From the NCBI RefSeq assembly GCF_006345805.1, contig NW_021825461.1, positions 1 to 15,536 on the forward strand: a stretch of DNA of 15,536 nucleotides, read 5' to 3'. The DNA is from Octopus sinensis (Eukaryota). The translations under genes were made by a program, and so were the position numbers. Position 1 is the first letter of the stretch. Each line of letters starts with the position of its first letter. This document shows positions 8,006-15,536 of the stretch, in pieces. The notes below the pieces were generated by a model. It saw only the letters and a program-made list of their open reading frames with translations. It did not search any database and had not been told where the DNA came from.

Positions 8006-8978
8006 TTGTGTCCAAACAAAGTACATTATTGAATAAGAATAAAAAAGTGACTCACTTTAAGGAGAACCTTGTGCTTGCCGACTACGATACCAAGCCTCAT
8101 TACATTTTCCCCAGGCTCCATTGGGAGTCGTTGAGCTACATCCAAATTATACCGGATTCAAGAGAACCGTAGTCACTATTAGATAAATTGGCAGGGACGG
8201 CGTTACATTGTTTCTTGATTCCATGGGATCATATTCTGGACATGTCTGTTATGCAAACTTGAAACTCATCAATATGTAACCGGCTTGCTTTTGTATGAAT
8301 ATTCACGTCTTTGTGACTCCCATAGCAACGAAGTCATACTGAAGATGTGCCTCATTAAGAGAGAGAGGAAGAGAACTGGTGAAAGAGGGAGACGAGAGAA
8401 TGTTAATTAGATTAGTAATGCATTACTACACCAGCGGCTGTAAAGGTTACGCGAATGTTTTCCAGTTATATGTAGGACTACCATCCTATCATCATACAAT
8501 CACTTGGAGTACGGAGAAGGATGGGGGAAAAATAAGAAAAGAAGCAGGGTTAACCAGTGAGTCCTAACAAAAGACAGGGAAAAGTCTGGATATATCTAAC
8601 GGGTAAGTATGACAGCCCAGCAGGGAGTGTCGGAATTTGACTGTTCTGCGAAAAGACAAAGCACGAAGCAAGATTCAGAGGAAGCAAATGCAGCACTAAT
8701 TGGGTAAGAGTTTGTAAATAAGCATCAGGTGTGTCTACATGAAAACAATTTGATAAAGTCCAAGTTAACGATTTCTCGTAAATACCTGACTGATTAGTCT
8801 CAGATCTCGGGATAAGCCAAACCACATGTTGATCACGAGTAAATTCGGCAAACCTAGATTTGTGTAGTGATCTGAGCTAAAGGTGGTCGGAATCGAAGGG
8901 CGTTAAGACTGCGCCTATATGACAATTTATCACCTGCGTGTATATAAACTACCCTTATTTGCATTCATTTGTATTTCT

Positions 8979-9083
8979 AGAGTGTCGGACAAAATGCCTG
9001 TGGTATTTGTTCCGGTTTGTTCGTACTGAGTTCAAACCCCACCTAAGTTATCTTTGCCATTCATCCCTGCAGGGCCGGTCGAT
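8979..9083 (+). mobile_element. SINE D, degenerate partial copy
   Basis: CGGACAAAATGCC...CTGAGTTCAAACCC...CTTTGCCATTCATCCC...GGTCGAT matches the copies at 13651-15161. Confidence 0.6.
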
Positions 9084-9464
9084 TTGCCTAGATTCTTCTA
9101 AATTTATTACCGATTACAAAAGTAGTGACAACATAAATGTTAACCCGTTGTATTTCTGGACATTTTTTTCTACTTCCATAATGCTCCCTCAAATTAGGGA
9201 AGAAAGACAGAAATGTATATAAAGTGATATAAAATAACATTCTCTGCAAATGCCATAAATTTACGTATTACGCATTGTATAATAATTTATTGAGTAATAA
9301 TCAACATGTAATAGCACACAAGAGTACATTCATTTATGCATATATGCAAATACACTGGCATACATGCATATATACATGCAAATCGTGCATGGTGACATAC
9401 ATATATCCTTAGGTATATAAGTATGACTACATGTTTACACACATAAATACGGGTGTATTTGTGC

Positions 9465-9564
9465 ATGTATATATATATATATATGTATGTATATATATAT
9501 GTAATATAAATAATATATTACTATATGCATGTATACATACCTACATATATGTTCATACCTACAT

Positions 9565-9595
<31 letters not shown>

Positions 9596-9655
9596 CATAC
9601 ATACATACATACATACATACATACATACATACATACATACATACATACATACATG
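9465..9655. repeat. (TA)n and (TACA)n (9594-9654) microsatellites
   Basis: Direct reading. Confidence 0.9.
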
Positions 9656-9660
9656 CATAT

Positions 9661-9819
9661 ACACAGACTTCTTTCAGTTACAGTCTAAGAAATCTCAAAG
9701 GGCTTTGGTCGGCTCGAGGCCATAGTAGAAGACACTTGCCCACGGTGCCAGGTAGTGGGACTGAACTCGGGACTATTAATGGTTGAGGATCAATTTCTTA
9801 CCACACATCCACGCCTGCG

Positions 9820-9822
<3 letters not shown>
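9661..9822 (-). mobile_element. SINE B, 5' half only, diverged
   Basis: Reverse complement of 3199-3362 (AGGCGCAGG...GGGCAAGTGTCTTCTAC...CTGAAAGAAG). No 3' half seen beyond the microsatellite. Confidence 0.85.
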
Positions 9823-9857
<35 letters not shown>

Positions 9858-9907
9858 AGTGTATCGGTCTGTGTGTATATATGTGTATATATGTATATAT
9901 TTATGTA

Positions 9908-9946
<39 letters not shown>

Positions 9947-10240
9947 CTATATATAGATATATACATAGGTGTATATATTTATGCAAATATGCTTATACTG
10001 GAGTGTGTCCATATGTATATGAGAGAGGGAGAGTGTATATGTACAAATACATACTTGTACACGTTTATATATGTATATACATTTATATACACGTGCATAG
10101 CGACTTCCACAAGCATAGTTACACATAAGCATATATACATCGGTATACACAGGGATATATACTTTCACACACATACATACATACATACATACATACATAC
10201 ATACATACATACATACATACATACATACATACATACATAC
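9822..10240. repeat. Degenerate (TA)/(TG) low-complexity region with (TACA)n at 10171-10240
   Basis: Direct reading. Confidence 0.85.
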
Positions 10241-10634
10241 GTACACTATTTATCTTCTGTCACCGTTTGTAATGTTTCCGCTTAAGTACTCTTTTAAATT
10301 CCCCGCCTTTGCTCCATTTTGAAATTCCTTTATTTCCTTTTCTCTCTTCCATTCCTTACCTCTCCCTATCCCTCTCGGTCCCACTCGTTCCCTCTCTCTG
10401 TGCGTCTCTGAGATTAAGTACCTACGAATCGAGTAATGTGGTTGAATTTATCGACCCTTTTAACACCTTCGACCGTGTATCTATGCCAGATATCTAGCAT
10501 GGTAGGAGATATAGTAGAAAGTAGAGTACCGGTTTAATTACACTGAAAAGATTTAGTTACCTTCATATTCTAGCGTCTCAGTACCAATTCTACCACGGTG
10601 AGTCTGTATGTTTAGCATACCCTGATACTAATGC

Positions 10635-10900
10635 TGTTATATGGAAATGACTGATGCAAGCATAACAACAATAGTATTGAATGTCCCTGTATTTTGGAGT
10701 AGTGCTGTCGTCCATTAACCGACACCAGTATATGAATGGTACTTTCATTCAATAATAATCTTCATTTTTAAGGTAGTCACAATACCAGTAATTTGCGACG
10801 AGAGTGTAAACATTGTAATTTACTAATTTTTTTTCTAATTTATCGTTCCTGAAAGGATAAAATGAAAAATTGTCCACAGCTGGATTTCATCTCATATCGA

Positions 10901-10905
<5 letters not shown>
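10635..10905 (-). repeat. Inverted duplication, left arm (271 bp)
   Basis: Reverse complement of 13941-14211 with 12 substitutions and no indels by manual alignment. Confidence 0.95.
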
Positions 10906-10931
<26 letters not shown>

Positions 10932-11005
10932 TGTATGTATGTATGTATTATGTATGTATGTATGTATGTATGTATGTATGTATGTATGTATGTATGTATG
11001 TTATG

Positions 11006-11061
<56 letters not shown>
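10902..11061. repeat. (TATG)n followed by (TA)n microsatellite
   Basis: Direct reading. Confidence 0.95.
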
Positions 11062-11062
<1 letters not shown>

Positions 11063-11600
11063 TGTTGTGTCTGGGGAGAGTCATTTCTATTCTGGAGTCA
11101 AAACTATTGAAAAGGTTGCAAGAAGCAACGAAAATTTTAGAAGAATAAAGTTAAGAAAAAAGTGGAAATTTTACCGGTGAGTGTGTTAAATTATAAGGCA
11201 CAAAAAGAAAATGACTCTCCCCAGACACAACAGAATATGCTTCAACACACGAACTCATATAAAGAATCTTGCAAACCAAATCCCAAAGCGAAATATATAT
11301 ATATATACATGCATATGTTTGTAAATATGTATATATGTAAGTATGTATATGTGAAATTCAGTTTTGGAATTATAGCTCGAAGCACATAAATGCTATACAT
11401 CATAGCATTTGGTTACGGCCATGCCGATTCTTAGATACATATTTATGTAGCTATATGTGTATACGTTACATATATGTGTGTACTTGTATGTATACGAGTA
11501 TATATGCGTGCTTGTGTTTAAGTAAATATATTTACACACACACATATATACATACACATATTTAGGATGTATATATTTCTTCACGTGTGTGTGCATATCC

Positions 11601-11966
11601 GCAGAAGCGTCTGTGTGGTCCCGCTGCATGGTACCCTGGGCAAGTGTCTTCTAATATAGCCTCGGGCCGACCAAAGCCTTGTGACTGGATTCGTAGACGG
11701 AAACTGAAAGAAGCCCGTCGTATATATATATATATATGCATGTGTGTGTATATGTTTGTGTGCCTGTGTTTGTCCCCCACCCATCGCTTGACAGCCATGC
11801 TGGTGTTTTTACGTCCACCTTAAACTAGCGGTTGGGCAAAAGTGACCGATAGAATAAGTACTAGGCTTACGAAGAATAAGTCCTGGGGTAGATTTGTTCA
11901 ACTAAAACGACGGTGCCCCAGCATGACCATAATCAAATGACTGAAACAAATAAAACAATAAAAGAA
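11601..11966 (+). mobile_element. SINE B, diverged, B-box deleted
   Basis: Aligns to 3199-3617 but lacks 39 nt of the tRNA head at junction 11619/11620. Internal (TA)/(TG) tract at ~11721-11770. Confidence 0.88.
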
Positions 11967-11973
11967 TATATAT

Positions 11974-12006
<33 letters not shown>

Positions 12007-12042
12007 GCATACATATGCATAGATATTTAACTATGTATATAT

Positions 12043-12106
<64 letters not shown>

Positions 12107-12165
12107 AGAATGTGTGCACATATTACACTTATATAGGCACACACATACTATATATATATATATAG
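11967..12165. repeat. Interrupted (TA)n region
   Basis: Direct reading. Confidence 0.9.
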
Positions 12166-12296
12166 TACTATACATAGGCACACACGAACTAATCTACTCT
12201 CTCGTTTCAAATGATACTACTGGACTTGTGACATTTTGTAATAAACACTTGTGACAACCGTAGTAAAACGACCAATGCCACTATCTCTTACTAGAA

Positions 12297-12327
12297 GCAG
12301 CAGCAGCAACAGTAGTAGTAGTAGTAT

Positions 12328-12358
<31 letters not shown>

Positions 12359-12383
12359 GGTGGTGGTGGTAGTTATGGTGGTG

Positions 12384-12454
<71 letters not shown>

Positions 12455-12510
12455 TATGGTAGTAATAGTAGTTGTTTTAGTAGTAGTAGTTAGCAGTAGT
12501 TTATAGTAGT
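12297..12510. repeat. Compound trinucleotide tract (GCA)n/(GTA)n/(GGT)n
   Basis: Direct reading; source of the poly-Ser/Gly ORF at 12251-12493. Confidence 0.95.
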
Positions 12511-12886
12511 AAGAAAACTAGAATGACACTATCGCCAGCGCATCACCTATAATAGTGTTTAGTGTCACCACTGTCAGCCTACTGTAGTAAATGGCCTTCA
12601 TACGTGGCACCTTGAACAGCAAGACATAGTAGGCAAATCTCCCTGAGTTTATGCACTCTACCATCAAATTCAGAAAGAAACAAAAACGTCCGCACAGACA
12701 CACACACACAAACATCAATACACGCACAAATAGCAACACGCACACAAGTGGTCCTTTTCTTACAAAAAGGTGTGGGGAGAATTTTGGCTTAAAAAATGCA
12801 ACGATTAAATCTTCGAATATTGTTTGATCCTAAGTTCTATTTGATCTGGACTGGTCTCGGTATTTGAGTGTGGGGCTTAAACGAAA

Positions 12887-12920
<34 letters not shown>
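12887..12920. repeat. (CAT)n microsatellite
   Basis: Direct reading. Confidence 0.95.
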
Positions 12921-12921
<1 letters not shown>

Positions 12922-13272
12922 ACAGTATCAACCTATTTTGTGTAGTAAGTAACTGCTCCCCCCCCCCACCCTGTTCTTTTTTTTAATTATTTGTTTCCCC
13001 AGTTCTCTACTGTCCACTTTGTGCTGCCTTGTCCACACGTTTATTCACGGCTAACACAACCAGACAAGCGGAAAGGACTAGCTGTAGACAGCAGTAAACA
13101 TGTAAACATAAGGTTCTGTATGTAACTAACTACGCTGCTCCGATACCGCCACCTTTATTCATACCAACCCAGCTCTTAGATTATTACCATTACAAATATT
13201 ATTACAAATAATAATTAAATTTAGCAGTAGTCGTCATCATCATCATCAACACTATTGTTGTTGTTATCATCA

Positions 13273-13337
<65 letters not shown>

Positions 13338-13462
13338 GAGTGAGAGAGCAGTGCATGCCATCAAAGTAACACTGGGCTGAAATATACGAAGCCTACTATA
13401 CCCATCATAACTACCCGTCTGATAAGGGTACACTAGGCAAATGCATCACAACCATATGTGCA
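13338..13462 (-). mobile_element. Element C, 5'-truncated copy (125 bp); (ATT)n tail at ~13270-13337
   Basis: Reverse complement of ~5833-5945. Confidence 0.85.
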
Positions 13463-13491
13463 CCACTATTATTATTATTATTATTATTATT

Positions 13492-13535
13492 GAGTGAGAG
13501 AGCAGTTCATGCCATCAAAGTGACACTGGGGTAAA

Positions 13536-13536
<1 letters not shown>
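13492..13536 (-). mobile_element. Element C, 5'-truncated copy (45 bp); (ATT)n tail at ~13467-13491
   Basis: Near-identical to 13338-13382. Confidence 0.85.
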
Positions 13537-13569
<33 letters not shown>

Positions 13570-13570
13570 C

Positions 13571-13622
<52 letters not shown>

Positions 13623-13650
13623 GTTGTTGTTGTTATTATTACTATATGAA

Positions 13651-13842
13651 TGGTTTGGTAGAATTGCTACAGCGTCGGAGAAAATGCCTCGCGACATTTC
13701 CTCCGGTTCGAGACGGTCTGAGTTCCAATTCTGCCAGTGTCACTTTCCGCCTTTCATCCCCCGCTGGGTCGATATAATAAAATCACAAGGTGTCACTGGC
13801 ATAGCCGAAACTGTCCTCTCAAAAATTGCTGACATTATGCGT
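13651..13842 (+). mobile_element. SINE D, diverged copy
   Basis: tRNA-like head (TGGTAGAATTG...CTGAGTTCCAATTC) and central CCTTTCATCCC...GGGTCGAT motif. Confidence 0.65.
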
Positions 13843-13889
13843 AGATAAACTTCTAATAAATATTATTATTGATAAATTTGTGTAGGATT

Positions 13890-14074
13890 TTGACAGAATA
13901 ATTTAGCACCTCACGCAAAATGCCTCATTGCTATTTTCTTCATATTCGATATGAGTTCAAATCCACCTGTGGACAATTTTTCATTTTATTCTTTCAGGAA
14001 CGATAAAGTAGAAAAAAAATTAGTAAATTACAATGCTTACACCCTCGTCGCAAATTACTGGTATTATGACTACC
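13890..14074 (+). mobile_element. SINE D, highly diverged copy
   Basis: TGACAGAATAATTTAGCACC...CAAAATGCC...TGAGTTCAAATCC...TTCTTTCAGGAACGATAAA resembles neighbouring copies. Confidence 0.55.
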
Positions 14075-14211
14075 TTAAAAATGAAGATTATTATTGAATG
14101 AAAGTACCATTCATATACTGGTGTCGGTTAATGGACGACAGCGCTACTCCAAAATGCAGGGACACTCAATAATATTGTTGTTATGCTTGCATCAGTCATT
14201 TCCATATAACA
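13941..14211 (+). repeat. Inverted duplication, right arm (271 bp)
   Basis: Reverse complement of 10635-10905 with 12 substitutions. Confidence 0.95.
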
Positions 14212-14217
14212 TCATCA

Positions 14218-14253
<36 letters not shown>

Positions 14254-14254
14254 T

Positions 14255-14316
<62 letters not shown>

Positions 14317-14353
14317 CGTCATCGTGGTTGTTGCTGTCATCATTTTTGTTATC

Positions 14354-14560
14354 GGTAGCGAATTAGCAGAATGGTTAAACACGGATTGAAGTAAATTTTC
14401 GGTGAAATACCTTCCGGCTCTTTCTATACATTCTGAGTTCACATCTCGCAGAGGATAACTTTGCTTTAAAGCCTTTCGGGGTCGATGAAGTAGAATAAAA
14501 GTCGATTTCAACGATTTGTACCTTCCTTCAAAACTGATGGACCATGTGCCAAAATATGAA
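14354..14560 (+). mobile_element. SINE D copy
   Basis: GGTAGCGAATTAGCAGAATGGTTA head, TTCTGAGTTCACATC B-box-like, CCTTTCGGGGTCGATGAA core, GTGCCAAAATATGAA end. Confidence 0.7.
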
Positions 14561-14576
14561 GGCATCATAATCATCA

Positions 14577-14610
<34 letters not shown>

Positions 14611-14638
14611 CATTATTGTTATTGTCATTATTATTAAT

Positions 14639-14805
14639 GAATCGTTAGCCCGCCGGACAAAATGCTTAGCGGCATTTCATCCGTCGCTGCCGAGGTCCAC
14701 TTCACCTTTCATCCTTTCGGGGTCGATAAATTAAGTACCATTCGATCACTGGGGTCGATGTAATCGACTAGTCCCCTCCCGCAAAATTTCAGGCATTATG
14801 CTTAT
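14639..14805 (+). mobile_element. SINE D copy with B-box segment missing
   Basis: Best-preserved core CCTTTCATCCTTTCGGGGTCGATAAATTAAGTACC...CTGGGGTCGATGTAATCGACT. Junction CCGTCGCT|GCCGAGG at ~14688 lacks the TCTGAGTTC.AAT.C segment of sister copies. Confidence 0.8.
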
Positions 14806-14815
14806 ATTGTTGTCG

Positions 14816-14862
<47 letters not shown>

Positions 14863-14922
14863 GTTGTTATTATTATTATTTTTATTATTAATATTATTTT
14901 TTATTATTATTGATGATGATGT

Positions 14923-14985
<63 letters not shown>

Positions 14986-15037
14986 TAATAACAACAACAA
15001 CAACAACACTGTTATTATTGATATTATTATTATTTTC

Positions 15038-15161
15038 AGATCAACTTTGCTTTTCATCTTCTCGTGACCGATAAAATAAGTACCAGTCAGGTACTGGGGT
15101 CCAATGTAATCGACTTGCCCGCTAACCTCAAAATCGCTAGCCTAGTGCCAAAATTGGAAAA
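15038..15161 (+). mobile_element. SINE D, 5'-truncated copy
   Basis: CGATAAAATAAGTACCAG...CTGGGGTCCAATGTAATCGACT...GTGCCAAAATTGGAAA. Confidence 0.75.
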
Positions 15162-15536
15162 CATCATCATAGTCATGATGACGATCAACATCACCATTAT
15201 TACTACTATTATTATTGTTATTATCATTGTTATTGTTGTTGTTATTGTTGTTGTATAATTACAAATACAGTATATTCAACTCACCGGCTTGACTCTCCTT
15301 CGGCTGCCATTCTTTTCTTTTGCTTTGCGTTTTGCTACTTTCATTTTGAATGGCTAAAAAGCTTAATGACTGTTTTAACTTTTTCTGTGGTGTTGATGTA
15401 TTTTTTATTTTGTATTTGTTTGTTTGTGTGTGTATATATATAGATATATATATATGTGTGTGTGTGTACGTGTGAGCGTAAGATGGTTTTGGTTGATTTT
15501 ACGATAACAAAAAAAAAAATTATGTCAATTGAAAAA

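Larger units (their letters stand above)
14211..15255. repeat. (ATT)n/(GTT)n/(AAT)n/(CAT)n tracts separating SINE D copies (~14211-14345, 14564-14636, 14808-15034, 15162-15255)
   Basis: Direct reading; source of the poly-I/L/N ORFs. Confidence 0.95.

Noticed and set aside
8885-8920. Additional SINE head (GGAATCGAA ... CTGCGCCTAT)
   Set aside because: Only two short matches with wrong spacing and no SINE body.
11062-11182. Coding exon ending at CCG|GTGAGT ([34 protein letters not shown])
   Set aside because: No pyrimidine-rich acceptor upstream, the frame is open mainly because it runs out of a microsatellite, and the peptide is not recognisable.
12957-12971. G-quadruplex from the C-run (and from the (GGT)n tracts at ~12348-12392)
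   Set aside because: A single short homopolymer run and two-G tracts are weak candidates and common by chance.
12975-13125. Exon after strong acceptor TTTGTTTCCCCAG (13001-13002), 40 open codons
   Set aside because: Only weak donors follow and the peptide is unrecognisable; cannot be supported without RNA data.
10635-14211. Single DNA transposon with 271-bp terminal inverted repeats
   Set aside because: No target-site duplication, the arms include a SINE fragment, and the interior has no transposase remnant; local inverted duplication fits better.
13651-15161. CRISPR-like array or satellite of regularly spaced repeats
   Set aside because: Eukaryotic context, units are long diverged SINEs, spacing is irregular and spacers are microsatellites.
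71-15258. All ORFs in the supplied track as protein-coding genes
   Set aside because: Most are translations of microsatellites (YI, MYVC, HT, poly-I/L/N/S/G) or SINE bodies; near-identical peptides recur at each SINE copy. The remaining short ORFs show no recognisable domain.

Overview
Very AT-rich, microsatellite-dense eukaryotic DNA with no supportable protein-coding gene. Most long ORFs in the track are translations of (TA)n, (TATG)n, (ATT)n or (TAG)n tracts or of SINE sequence; the rest are short and resemble no protein I recognise. The repeat repertoire is what I recognise from memory from Octopus (cephalopod) genomic DNA; this is an inference, not a database result. I label the families A-D for this report only. 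The window holds three tRNA-headed SINE families (A, B, D) and a retroposon-like element with (AAT)n tails (C). It also holds a ~390-bp non-autonomous Helitron and several (TA)n-associated repeats carrying minimal hammerhead-ribozyme motifs of the kind known from Penelope-like elements; the best motif is at 4062-4096. Structural oddities include four B-SINE copies in alternating orientation (2411-3984) that could form long dsRNA. There is also a 271-bp, 12-mismatch inverted duplication 3 kb apart (10635-10905 / 13941-14211) and a locally duplicated segment that appears to have been copied into the middle of a D SINE. Repeat boundaries were read by eye and are approximate by a few bases.
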